A DNA stretch of 42,757 nucleotides. Source: a virus (Duplodnaviria > Caudoviricetes). Shown here piece after piece: positions 10,226-19,132 of this stretch. Every line of letters starts with the position of its first letter. Positions within the stretch are counted from its first letter, which is position 1. The stretch spans positions 1 to 42,757 of IMG/VR virus record IMGVR_UViG_3300032024_000093, one strand, 5' to 3'. The notes beneath the pieces were generated by a model. That model ran no database searches. It had not been told where the DNA came from and saw only the letters and a list, made by a program, of their open reading frames with translations. The position numbers and the translations under genes were made by a program.

Positions 10226-10885
10226 TTAATTAGGCATGAAGTTTAGAAAACGACTATTAACAGGTACAGTCGCAGGAGCTAAAGACAAAATCCTCACACC
10301 CCAAACATCACCAGCACTTGAACTTTTAGCAATCATTTGCAAAGAACCTGCTGGAGTTTTAAGAGCAGAATACCCAAGGATTAAGAAAGACCCAACAGTA
10401 TCACCCATAGGAACTGTTGACGTGAAGTTTGTTCCACCTGTTGAGGTTGGGCTACCTGTCTCAAATCTAGCGACCATTACCCCGATAGAGTTATCTGCAA
10501 CTGACGTGGTTGTTCCCGTAGCACTATCTCCTGGCCCACCAGCATTATTAGCCGTTGAGTCTGGTATACCTGTTGTTGATGTTCCGCTAAGTGCCATACA
10601 CCTCATAGCAGATATAATAGAAGCACCCAGACTCGCAACAACATTTGCTGTAGTAGATGTTGGGTTTACCAAATACCAGATAGTGAGAAACTCACCCGTG
10701 TTATATTCATAGGTTGAACCTATTTGAGTAAAGTTCTCTGAACCGTTAAACGTCACAGTGGTACTAATATCTCCAACAGTCCAGACGGTAGCAATAAGAA
10801 TACTTGCACCTGTGGCATTTAAAGATGCAGTATGAGTATTCGTAACTCCCTGTGCTCCGTTTCCTGTTAAAAATGCTATTGCCAT
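10226..10885 (-). CDS. Virion fibre-associated beta-sandwich protein
   Basis: 219 aa, G/S/T-rich, WYLVNPTS motif; directly follows the collagen fibre gene. Confidence 0.55.
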   Translation of the reverse strand: MAIAFLTGNGAQGVTNTHTASLNATGASILIATVWTVGDISTTVTFNGSENFTQIGSTYEYNTGEFLTIWYLVNPTSTTANVVASLGASIISAMRCMALSGTSTTGIPDSTANNAGGPGDSATGTTTSVADNSIGVMVARFETGSPTSTGGTNFTSTVPMGDTVGSFLILGYSALKTPAGSLQMIAKSSSAGDVWGVRILSLAPATVPVNSRFLNFMPN

Positions 10886-10886
10886 A

Positions 10887-11807
10887 TTAAACTTTAGCTA
10901 TTAGAGCCCATTTGTTGAGTGAGTTAGCAGTTACATACATAAACCCTAGATATGAATAAAATGAAGTCGTTGTTGCTGATGGTAGAGTAACCCCATTGCT
11001 TCCAGTATATCCTGTAGCTGACCAGGTCAGTGGTTGAGCTGTTCCACCACTTCCAATCTGTACAATCAACTTCTGACCGTTTTGAGGAGTTCCTGATGGT
11101 GCTTGAAATGCTGCTGTAGCAGTTTGTAGGGTTAGAACGAATAGGTCAGTAGTATCTGCATTTGGAGTAGGAACAGCGGATGACGTAGTGGAAGCTACTC
11201 TAGGAACTGCAGATCCAGAAGGTCCTGTTGGTCCTGTTAAACCAGTAGGTCCAGTAACTCCGGTTAAACCGGTCGGTCCAGTTGGACCAGTCACTCCGTT
11301 TACTCCTGCAGTACCTTGAGCACCCTGAGCTCCAGCAGTCCCCTGCGGCCCCTGTGGGCCAGTCGGTCCAGGAACTGTTGATGCATCTCCAGTGGGGCCA
11401 GTAGGTCCAGTAGGTCCTGGGACTGTAGAATCTGCACCAGTCGGCCCCGTCACTCCAGTAGTACCAGCGGGTCCCTGTGGGCCAACATCTCCTGTCGGTC
11501 CAGTTGCTCCTGTCAAAATTGCATTAGTACCCGGTTCACCTGTAGGGCCAGTTGGGCCTGTTACTCCGGTTGCTCCTGTTGCTGATCCAGCAGGTCCTTG
11601 AGGTCCAGTTTCTCCTTGAGCTCCGGTTGGACCTGTCGGACCGGTAACCCCGGTAGCACCAGTAGGTCCAGTTGCTCCATCAGAACCATCGATTAAGAGA
11701 CGGTGAGTTACCGGATCTGCATAGATCTGTACCGGTGTTGTTCCATCCACATTGGACACCCCAAGTAGGGTTGGTACACTGTTTTCATCTCTTTGTGCGT
11801 TGGCCAT
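10887..11807 (-). CDS. Collagen-like fibre protein (Gly-X-Thr repeats)
   Basis: About 155 aa of [12 protein letters not shown] triplets between an N-terminal RDEN module and a C-terminal globular domain. Confidence 0.88.
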   Translation of the reverse strand: MANAQRDENSVPTLLGVSNVDGTTPVQIYADPVTHRLLIDGSDGATGPTGATGVTGPTGPTGAQGETGPQGPAGSATGATGVTGPTGPTGEPGTNAILTGATGPTGDVGPQGPAGTTGVTGPTGADSTVPGPTGPTGPTGDASTVPGPTGPQGPQGTAGAQGAQGTAGVNGVTGPTGPTGLTGVTGPTGLTGPTGPSGSAVPRVASTTSSAVPTPNADTTDLFVLTLQTATAAFQAPSGTPQNGQKLIVQIGSGGTAQPLTWSATGYTGSNGVTLPSATTTSFYSYLGFMYVTANSLNKWALIAKV

Positions 11808-11811
11808 GTTT

Positions 11812-12084
11812 TTATGCTGAATCTACTAAAAGTTTGCCATTTAGTGTAGCATACACGATGACAGGAGTAACACCATCATCAGCAGAAACTGCTATTAAAG
11901 CAGGTATGCTATTTTCATCACGAGGAGCATTAGGTCTTCCAGTATCACTACCAGTTGAAGCATTTTCTACACTCAACCCATGAGTTATAGCATTTGCTTT
12001 TACTGGTATTGGTACTGAGGGATCTGTATTTAGAGCCCCTAGAAGTACTGGAACACCGTTTTCATCTCGTGTTGCATTTGGCAT
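11812..12084 (-). CDS. Small structural protein made of two RDEN modules
   Basis: [13 protein letters not shown] and [13 protein letters not shown]; similar to the N-terminus of the collagen fibre. Confidence 0.65.
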   Translation of the reverse strand: MPNATRDENGVPVLLGALNTDPSVPIPVKANAITHGLSVENASTGSDTGRPNAPRDENSIPALIAVSADDGVTPVIVYATLNGKLLVDSA

Positions 12085-12085
12085 T

Positions 12086-12394
12086 TTATCTATAAGAAAT
12101 TGTTATATCTTGAGCAGCTCCTCCTGGAACCACATACAACCCATTTGAGAATGCAATATTGAATTGAAGAGTATAAGGGACAGTATTTCCTTTTACTATT
12201 GCAATTGGGTTTGCATTGGTTATAGCATCGTCCAGTTCAAGAGTTCCCGCCGCTGTTGGAGTGTTAAACGTGACTGAGTATAGAAACCCAGATCCAGTTT
12301 TTATCAATGCCGCAGCGGTTGATGTAATGTGAGCGAAGTTACCAATCGGAGTTGGTTTACCATTTCCATCAGGCATTAGTGTTTGATCAGCCAT
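12086..12394 (-). CDS. Small beta-rich virion protein
   Basis: IKTGSGFLYSVT..FSNGLYVV..DITISY pattern; lies in the structural operon. Confidence 0.55.
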   Translation of the reverse strand: MADQTLMPDGNGKPTPIGNFAHITSTAAALIKTGSGFLYSVTFNTPTAAGTLELDDAITNANPIAIVKGNTVPYTLQFNIAFSNGLYVVPGGAAQDITISYR

Positions 12395-13097
12395 GTTTTT
12401 TAATTCTAGCCTCTGTTCTTAATAATGTAGCATAACGGTCGTTGATTGCAATCTCTCTTAAGTCTAGTTCTCTTCGATCCTTTGCAATCTTTTCTGCTGA
12501 ATTGATTATATCACGTTCTCTTGCTGAAGCATCTAATTCTCTTTTAACAACAAGCTTCTCTCGTCCTTCTACTTTGGCTGTTAACTTAGATGCTTCTGTT
12601 CTTGCTGATGATAGAGCTAACTTAGCATCAGTAACAAGCTTTTTAGATTCTTCAATATCATGCTCCAGAGTACCTTGCATGATATCAAGTTTCCTATTCG
12701 TCTTGTCTAGATCAGCTACTCTTTTGTCATACTCTTTTTGATTGGAATCAAGTAGCTTTTCTTTATTACTAAGAACTTCTGATATATCATCTAACTCTTT
12801 CTGTTTATCACGGACCTTTACCCATTCACGATCAAGAGGTTCTTGTAAAACCTCACGCTGTTTAGACAGAGCTTCTAACTCGTTATTAAGTGCTTCTTTC
12901 TGGTTAAGAAGTCTATCAATATCCTTCTTGACCTGAGCAAGATTTGCATCTCTAAACTGAAATAGATTTTTCTCTTCCTTGGCTGCGGTCTCCCTTAAGG
13001 AGTCGACCTTATTAGCCAATTTGACACCTTCATCTATCTCTCGTTTACGTTCGAGGTTCTTTTGCTGGACTATTGTTTTTTTGTCCAGTAGTCTCAT
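12387..13097 (-). CDS. Coiled-coil hypothetical protein
   Basis: 236 aa, K/E/L heptad pattern throughout. Confidence 0.6.
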   Translation of the reverse strand: MRLLDKKTIVQQKNLERKREIDEGVKLANKVDSLRETAAKEEKNLFQFRDANLAQVKKDIDRLLNQKEALNNELEALSKQREVLQEPLDREWVKVRDKQKELDDISEVLSNKEKLLDSNQKEYDKRVADLDKTNRKLDIMQGTLEHDIEESKKLVTDAKLALSSARTEASKLTAKVEGREKLVVKRELDASARERDIINSAEKIAKDRRELDLREIAINDRYATLLRTEARIKKHG

Positions 13098-13099
13098 AT

Positions 13100-13558
13100 C
13101 TATTCAATAACAGAGCTTTGATCTTTAAGAAGACTTTCATCTTCATCTAGAACCTTCGTAACGTTATTTCCCCTCTTGTCCTTTCGGTATCTAGTTTCAG
13201 AGTCCTTTGGAAGTGGCTTCATTGCTGCAGCAGCAAGTGGAAGCGGTTCCAAACACTTTTGAATGAAAGGAGCAAGATCGGAATCCGTGTAAAGAGCTGG
13301 TGTCCCACCCGGTTGAACACTATCAAGACCTGCAAACTTAGGAGTCCTGTAGAACTCTCTTAAGGCTAATTCACTTGCAAACTTCTTTCTAATGTGTTGA
13401 ACTTCTTCAGGTGTAGCACCCCTAATGATCATAGGTGAAGTTTTTAGAGCTGGGAATTTGTATTCAATCCCACCCCATCTTGCAGTAAAGTCATCTTCAC
13501 TGAAGTTAGTGAATCTAAATACTCCATCAAAATCATCAGGTAATATATTGTTATCCAT
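13100..13558 (-). CDS. Hypothetical protein
   Basis: 152-aa ORF tightly packed in the late operon. Confidence 0.6.
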   Translation of the reverse strand: MDNNILPDDFDGVFRFTNFSEDDFTARWGGIEYKFPALKTSPMIIRGATPEEVQHIRKKFASELALREFYRTPKFAGLDSVQPGGTPALYTDSDLAPFIQKCLEPLPLAAAAMKPLPKDSETRYRKDKRGNNVTKVLDEDESLLKDQSSVIE

Positions 13559-13594
13559 ACTTTTTCAAGTTAATTAACTCTTCTCAGAGCTGGG

Positions 13595-13647
13595 GTTAAA
13601 GTCCCCATCCTTGCCCCCAATGGTAAGGGCAAGGTGGAGATTCTAAC
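13595..13647 (-). promoter_or_regulatory. Long imperfect RNA hairpin after the capsid genes (terminator/processing/stabiliser)
   Basis: GTTAGAATCTCCACCTTGCCC pairs with GGGCAAGGATGGGGACTTTAAC, with G-U wobbles on the sense strand. Confidence 0.6.
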
Positions 13648-13652
13648 GAATG

Positions 13653-14390
13653 TTAGAGATCAAGAACAACTGCACGAGCCTCAGCTGAAACTGCGGCTTG
13701 GTATGCAGAACCGACCTTGGAGAATCCAGCGGCACCGGTAGCACTTCGGCCCCAGCCAGCTGTTGCTGCTGCACCAATAACACCGAAACCAGCAGCTGCA
13801 ATATTTGACTCTGAGTACAAAGAGTTGATTCCCTTTGTAGTAATCAAAGCATAATTAGCTTCAGTAACTGGGTAAAGTGTTGCACCTACGATCTGACCTG
13901 TTAGGGTAGAAGCGGGGGAGACAATTACACCCGAGTACTGGTTGGCGATGAGACATACCTTGGTGTCAGAAGTGAGGGTAGCTGCAGTGAAAGCATCCTC
14001 AAGAGTAAGAACCAAAGTACCTGAACCGTTGGACTGAGCAGGATGTGAAGCAATGCGGAGAGTCTGGCCAATACCAGTACCTGCATTTACCACAAGGAGC
14101 CCACCAGCATACTGGTTAAGGGTAGCTGCAGTTCCACCCAGTGTTACAGTAACCTGAGTAGCACCTGCTGCAACGGTAGAAGCAACAATGTTCTGGTGGT
14201 TGGCTACAATAGCAGGACCTTGAACTAACAAGGCATTACCAATGTTTGAACCTCCCACGAGGACGAGTACGAATTCACGACCGTCCGAAGAATCAAAGCG
14301 TGCACCTGTCAGAGTCGCTAGCGAAGAGTCTGTGCTCTGGCTAAAGAGACTTAGAGGAGAGCCCTGTCCTTTTTGAGTTAATCGAGACAT
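13653..14390 (-). CDS. Putative capsid cement/decoration protein
   Basis: 245 aa, A/G/T-rich; GARFDSSDGREFVLV pattern; downstream of the major capsid gene. Confidence 0.55.
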   Translation of the reverse strand: MSRLTQKGQGSPLSLFSQSTDSSLATLTGARFDSSDGREFVLVLVGGSNIGNALLVQGPAIVANHQNIVASTVAAGATQVTVTLGGTAATLNQYAGGLLVVNAGTGIGQTLRIASHPAQSNGSGTLVLTLEDAFTAATLTSDTKVCLIANQYSGVIVSPASTLTGQIVGATLYPVTEANYALITTKGINSLYSESNIAAAGFGVIGAAATAGWGRSATGAAGFSKVGSAYQAAVSAEARAVVLDL

Positions 14391-14410
14391 TTAAGTTTTT
14401 AAGTTATCTA

Positions 14411-14581
14411 TTAAGAACCGGTAGGCCCAGTAGGACCAGTCGGTCCTTGAGCACCTGTGTCCCCAGTAGGACCTGTGGCACCGGTTGGGCCAGTAGGACC
14501 TGTGATTGTGTTGATATTTGCTGTCGGAATGACTGCACCTATCATCAATGCTGGGTCATAGTTTGAAGCGTCTAAAGTCAT
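14411..14581 (-). CDS. Mini-collagen protein B (56 aa)
   Basis: Not in the ORF track: [56 protein letters not shown]. Confidence 0.8.
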   Translation of the reverse strand: MTLDASNYDPALMIGAVIPTANINTITGPTGPTGATGPTGDTGAQGPTGPTGPTGS

Positions 14582-14592
14582 GATGGTTTGGA

Positions 14593-14757
14593 TTATGCCG
14601 GAGCACCTTCAGGTCCTGTTGGACCAGTAGGACCGGTAGCTCCAGTGACACCAGTAATACCAGTGGCACCGGGTTGGCTATCGAACTCCTCATTGGCTTC
14701 CGGAATCACTCCACCATTCATTAGAGCTGGATTATACAATCTTGCATCTATTGTCAT
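14593..14757 (-). CDS. Mini-collagen protein A (54 aa)
   Basis: Not in the ORF track: [54 protein letters not shown]. Confidence 0.8.
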   Translation of the reverse strand: MTIDARLYNPALMNGGVIPEANEEFDSQPGATGITGVTGATGPTGPTGPEGAPA

Positions 14758-14795
14758 GAGATTGAGTGATTAGCTAATAATTAATACCATCACGG

Positions 14796-15815
14796 TTAAA
14801 CACCTGTGACACCAGTGAGAACACCGTTTCGGAATGGGTCAGTACAGATGAGCTGTCCTCCCATGATCACGAAGCCGTTGATAGCTCCTTGGTTATAAGC
14901 ACGAATCCACCCTGTCCAAGTGAAGGCATTACCAGGAGCATAGTCAGCATCCTCGTAAACGTTACCTTCAATGTTCTTGGCTTTAGGTGAAATCTTAGAA
15001 CCCTCCCACCAGTTAAGTCCATAGAACTTAAGGAAGTTGGTGTTGAGCTGATAGAAGTAACCAGTTGTTATCTTCTTGTCTCGGAAGACTTCCATACCAT
15101 CCCAGAACATAGCACGGTAAGCTGCACCAGACTGCATTGACTTTTGGTCAGTGTAGTTGTTGCGTTGGAATGGAGTTAGAAGCTGCTCGAAGTAGGCCCA
15201 TGTGGTGTAATCAGTTAAGGTTACATCTGGGGCTACTGGACTGTCAGAAACAGAGTTCCAGAGTTGTCTAACTTTCAAAAGAGAAATAGTACCTCCGGAT
15301 GCAGTAACGGTAGCATTCAATCCAGTGTAGGTTGCCCTTGAGAGGCCTCCGTAGCTAGCAAGATTTGAACCGTTATCTACAATACCAGCTAGACCCATGG
15401 GAGCTTTACCCCCGAAGGCAGAACCATCTTGCTGGAAGAAGTTACCGATGTCATCGGCTTGGTCCTGTGCTCTTGATTCCATCATGGTTGCCATGAGGTT
15501 AAGAGTTTGACTCTTTGTTTTGTTAACAGAGAGATCTGAACCTGCAAGCGCAACGTTGGTAGCTACGAAAGTAGGGTAGAACGTCATGTTTACAGAGACT
15601 GGCTGTTGAGTAATTGGTAGCAAGTCGAAACCATTGAAGGCAACGGATGCAACACCCTTCTGATACTTGATCGGGAAGAGCATTTGAGAACCGTCCCATC
15701 TTTCTGTCTTCTCTAGGATTTTCCCGAAGAAGAAGTTGTCACGGAGTACCTGGTCAACCCATGCTGGTGCAAGGTATTGGTTTGTGGTAGTCGTGATATT
15801 TACATTTGGCGGCAT
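14796..15815 (-). CDS. Major capsid protein
   Basis: 339 aa, follows the scaffold gene; DGSAFGGKAPMGLAGIV, YGGLSRATY and GQLICTDPFRNGVL patterns of HK97-fold capsids. Confidence 0.8.
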   Translation of the reverse strand: MPPNVNITTTTNQYLAPAWVDQVLRDNFFFGKILEKTERWDGSQMLFPIKYQKGVASVAFNGFDLLPITQQPVSVNMTFYPTFVATNVALAGSDLSVNKTKSQTLNLMATMMESRAQDQADDIGNFFQQDGSAFGGKAPMGLAGIVDNGSNLASYGGLSRATYTGLNATVTASGGTISLLKVRQLWNSVSDSPVAPDVTLTDYTTWAYFEQLLTPFQRNNYTDQKSMQSGAAYRAMFWDGMEVFRDKKITTGYFYQLNTNFLKFYGLNWWEGSKISPKAKNIEGNVYEDADYAPGNAFTWTGWIRAYNQGAINGFVIMGGQLICTDPFRNGVLTGVTGV

Positions 15816-15829
15816 TTCTAATGATAATG

Positions 15830-16633
15830 TTAATTAATAAGTTTGTTAATTGCTTTTCTAGCACTTTGGAAGTTCATTGGCCCTTGGGGTACCTGCTGTT
15901 GAGCATTAGCATTTGGTGCTCTGCCCATGTTCCTAGCAGCTAGCTCTTTCGCCCTATTGGTGATTTCAGATGGCTTGTCCTTCTTAGAGGTCTGATAGAT
16001 CTCAAAGGTAGAACCAAAGTCAGCATAGCTGATGATGTTGCCCTCTTCATCTTTAGGGGATAGCTTTTGGACTAATTCGAGGAACTCTCTACGAGCCTTA
16101 CGAGCAGCAGGAGCATTAGAAGTCAGGTCTACATCAAAGTCATCTTCCAGGGTTTCAAGTTCGGTGTCAATGACACTTTCAAACTTCTTCTGATCATCAA
16201 TGGCTTTTTGTTGTATGTTGTTGAATTCAGTAAGAGCTTCTGCTTTCGCCTCTTCCTTGGCTCGGTTGATAAGAACTTGGTTCATCTGCCATGCCTTCTT
16301 AGCTTCAGGGGTGTCTCCGTAGAGAGCAGTCCATTCACTAGGGACATCTTCAGATGGCTTGAATTCTTGTTGAAATTGCTTGGCTTCAGATAATACTTTG
16401 ATTCGTTCGTTCAAAGCAATGTTCATATCTCGAGTCTCATTATACTTTTGCTCAAGTCTACGTTCACGCCTGTTCTTACGAGCCTGGGTGTTATCCTCCC
16501 CCTCTTCTCCTTCTTCAGGATTTGGCTTACCTTCTGCAGGTGCCTGTCCCTCTTCAGGTTTATCATCAAGAACGTCAGCCGGAGCTTTCTCCTCTCCTGG
16601 TAAACCTTCGAAGAACTTGTCAATTTCAGTCAT
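15830..16633 (-). CDS. Capsid scaffolding protein
   Basis: Acidic disordered N-terminus, helical body, located between portal and MCP. Confidence 0.7.
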   Translation of the reverse strand: MTEIDKFFEGLPGEEKAPADVLDDKPEEGQAPAEGKPNPEEGEEGEDNTQARKNRRERRLEQKYNETRDMNIALNERIKVLSEAKQFQQEFKPSEDVPSEWTALYGDTPEAKKAWQMNQVLINRAKEEAKAEALTEFNNIQQKAIDDQKKFESVIDTELETLEDDFDVDLTSNAPAARKARREFLELVQKLSPKDEEGNIISYADFGSTFEIYQTSKKDKPSEITNRAKELAARNMGRAPNANAQQQVPQGPMNFQSARKAINKLIN

Positions 16634-16724
16634 GTTTGTTTTTTCGCCCTTGTTCAGGGAATAGTTTTAGTATTAAATTCAAGCTTTTTTCCTTGCGGAG
16701 GGGAAACTTTACAACCCATAGAGT

Positions 16725-16985
16725 CTAGTGGTAAATTCCAAACTTTTTATCTTTTTCGATTTGACGATTTCGGTGTTTAGTGTCACCTCTCCTTTCAATA
16801 CGTTTCAAGTCTGCGTCATGATCACCACCCATCTTCTTCTTAAGTGCATTTGTTTTTGCAGCACCTTTATTCTTAATGGAACGAAGCTCTTTAGGACTAG
16901 CTCCTTTATTATATGAATCAAGATACTCTCTTGCATTCTTAGACCTTTGCTTATAAACTTTAGGAGAATGTTTCATATTAGTCAA
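16725..16985 (-). CDS. Small highly basic protein
   Basis: 86 aa, K/R-rich; overlaps the upstream ORF by 8 nt. Confidence 0.6.
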   Translation of the reverse strand: MTNMKHSPKVYKQRSKNAREYLDSYNKGASPKELRSIKNKGAAKTNALKKKMGGDHDADLKRIERRGDTKHRNRQIEKDKKFGIYH

Positions 16986-17160
16986 ATGGTGAATTAATAC
17001 CGCTCATCTTCTTTTCTCTTGTATGCTTGTCAATGCCTTTTCTCTTCTTCTCAATAGCAGCCATGATAGCCTGACTACGAGCTTTCTTATCTCCCTTAAG
17101 AGATTTAGAGGAGATCTTACCTCCTAAACTTTTCTTTAAATGTGATGGTGAGTATTTCAT
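16978..17160 (-). CDS. Small highly basic protein
   Basis: 60 aa, K-rich; ATGA overlap with the portal stop. Confidence 0.6.
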   Translation of the reverse strand: MKYSPSHLKKSLGGKISSKSLKGDKKARSQAIMAAIEKKRKGIDKHTREKKMSGINSPFD

Positions 17161-19061
17161 ATTTGTGGTACTCCTGGGTTGTTAATAGGAACCTGACTTA
17201 AAGATGGATTGGCTGGACCTGCTTCGATCGATTGACCTGGTTCCACCACCTTTTCTGGCATTATACCATTATCTTGCTGCGGTAATGCACCAGCTGGACT
17301 GTTCATAGCCATTGCTTGTTGCATTTGCATTTGTATTTGCTGAATCTTCTGTTGTAGCTCTGGGAAGTTGAGTTGCATGTATGCCATCTTATCTACACTC
17401 CACAACACTGCATTTTCAGCAGTTGTTTGAGGGTCAGGGAAGTCTAGTATGGTGAGGAGGGTCTTGGGGTCTATTGCTCCTTTCTCCCATAAAGCCAATG
17501 CTTGGTTCATTTCAGTAGTTTCATCTTTTGGCTTCATTGAGTTTGGAGCAACACTGACCACAAGCTTACGATCCATGTTAGATCTGGTTAGCTCGATATA
17601 TTCTACAGCCCTCATTCCACCCATGATAGATGCAGTGTGAGTGTCATCATAGAACACATAATAGAGTTGAGTCCAGTAGTTGAAGATTGTATCAGCTACT
17701 TGCTCTATAGCATCTCCAATTCCCCCACCGATACGAGTAGAGTCTTGTTGAGCACTTATGATCTTCCCTCTCACTGTCTTATCATCATTATCTGGTTGTG
17801 AAGTCATGCCTTGAGTACCAAAGATCTGTCTAAGGTCCTGCTTAGATACTTCAAGCTCTTTAAAGAAGGAGGCGTCAAGCCCGGGAGCTTGTAGTCTATG
17901 AATAGCTTCTCCAATCGGTCCACCCTTCGGAACTATAATTGGGTTACCTTTAGCTAATGCTTGAGCTGCTTGTTTGGCTGTTTCTTGGGTGAAGTTATTC
18001 TCGCTAAACACGTCGGAGTTGTTAGCCCTGGAGAGGTTGTAGTCTATCTGCTCTGTCCTTCTGGTGATCCTACGTTGATTTGGAATGTTCTGCTCAATGA
18101 GTGAGGTCATGTCATGAGGTTGCTCCTCTAATGAAAATACGGATAGGAAAGTATAGGGCTTCTTTGGTCTTGCAAAGTGATTCTTACCTTCTCGTGTTAC
18201 CTTCTCTACTTGACCGTCTTCATCTTCTTCATCTACATCTTCTGGATAGTTAAAATATTGGTTCTTATGTTTGTCAAGAACTTTATTTTTGAAAGTATAA
18301 AAACAAAACTTATCATCTGGGCTCCACCATTCTGTGTAAATCACTGGAGTTCCTAAATGCTCCTCTACTACCGCTGCAATATATTCTTCATGCTTTGGAA
18401 ACTTCTCTATTAGTTTATCTGCTGTTGTAGGGATTCTTTCTCCTAGGTAACCTTCGAAGTCTCCATAACAGTTAACAAATCCATCTGGATCAAATATAAA
18501 ATTCTGAGGCTTTCTTGTTTCACTTGTAATATCTTGAATCTCTTCATCCCACCCATACTTCATTACTCCAATGAGATAGACTGAGTTCTGTCTAGCCATC
18601 AACTTGAGCTTACTTCTAAGTGCAAGAGTGTCAGCATGATATTGAAGCATCGTCTTAACACTCTTTGCTACCTTATTTCCTTCTTCAGTATTATCTGCCC
18701 ATACTACAGGCTCTGGGTTCTTTGCTAATGCTGCAGGTAGGAAGGTTTCTTCTGCTTCAAATAGTAAGTTTGCAGCAATAGGTTCTGCTGATACTGTAGC
18801 ACTCCCTTTATTCTGCTCACCAAGATAGAACATCTTGATAGCTCTCTGTCTTGGCTCTATCTTACCTTCATAGAGCTTGTAAGCATTAGTCCATCTATTA
18901 GCTAATGAAAGAAGATCAGCATCAGAAAGATCAAGAGTGAGAGCGTCAATTATTTCACCATCTACTCCTTCTGGTTTATCAGTGGATTGAGGAACCTTAT
19001 TAAGCCTGCTACTAACAAGCTGCTGGACTCCTCTTATATTTTCTTCAATTGGATCTGCCAT
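17157..19061 (-). CDS. Portal protein (P22-like)
   Basis: 634 aa after TerL; Gln/Met-rich C-terminal barrel-like tail; GVMKYGWD pattern. Confidence 0.8.
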   Translation of the reverse strand: MADPIEENIRGVQQLVSSRLNKVPQSTDKPEGVDGEIIDALTLDLSDADLLSLANRWTNAYKLYEGKIEPRQRAIKMFYLGEQNKGSATVSAEPIAANLLFEAEETFLPAALAKNPEPVVWADNTEEGNKVAKSVKTMLQYHADTLALRSKLKLMARQNSVYLIGVMKYGWDEEIQDITSETRKPQNFIFDPDGFVNCYGDFEGYLGERIPTTADKLIEKFPKHEEYIAAVVEEHLGTPVIYTEWWSPDDKFCFYTFKNKVLDKHKNQYFNYPEDVDEEDEDGQVEKVTREGKNHFARPKKPYTFLSVFSLEEQPHDMTSLIEQNIPNQRRITRRTEQIDYNLSRANNSDVFSENNFTQETAKQAAQALAKGNPIIVPKGGPIGEAIHRLQAPGLDASFFKELEVSKQDLRQIFGTQGMTSQPDNDDKTVRGKIISAQQDSTRIGGGIGDAIEQVADTIFNYWTQLYYVFYDDTHTASIMGGMRAVEYIELTRSNMDRKLVVSVAPNSMKPKDETTEMNQALALWEKGAIDPKTLLTILDFPDPQTTAENAVLWSVDKMAYMQLNFPELQQKIQQIQMQMQQAMAMNSPAGALPQQDNGIMPEKVVEPGQSIEAGPANPSLSQVPINNPGVPQI

Positions 19062-19087
19062 TATTTAAAGTATTATCTAGCCATTTC

Positions 19088-19129
19088 ATTGTACCACAAC
19101 TGTTCACAAACCTGTTAATACTGTTAACA
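19088..19129 (-). promoter_or_regulatory. Putative promoter upstream of portal
   Basis: Extended -10 TGgTACAAT with TGTTAACA-like boxes upstream. Confidence 0.45.
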
Positions 19130-19132
19130 ACA

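Noticed and set aside
10236-10712. 158-aa plus-strand ORF and similar shadow ORFs (e.g. 11392, 11672, 12442, 14588, 21797, 22946)
   Set aside because: Antisense to well-supported genes; by-products of codon bias
11200-11680. Repetitive DNA as CRISPR array or tandem repeat element
   Set aside because: 9-nt periodicity is explained by Gly-X-Y collagen codons; no repeat-spacer structure
2888-11807. Diversity-generating retroelement acting on tail genes
   Set aside because: No reverse transcriptase; the nozzle repeats are diverged protein repeats, not an adenine-specific TR/VR pair
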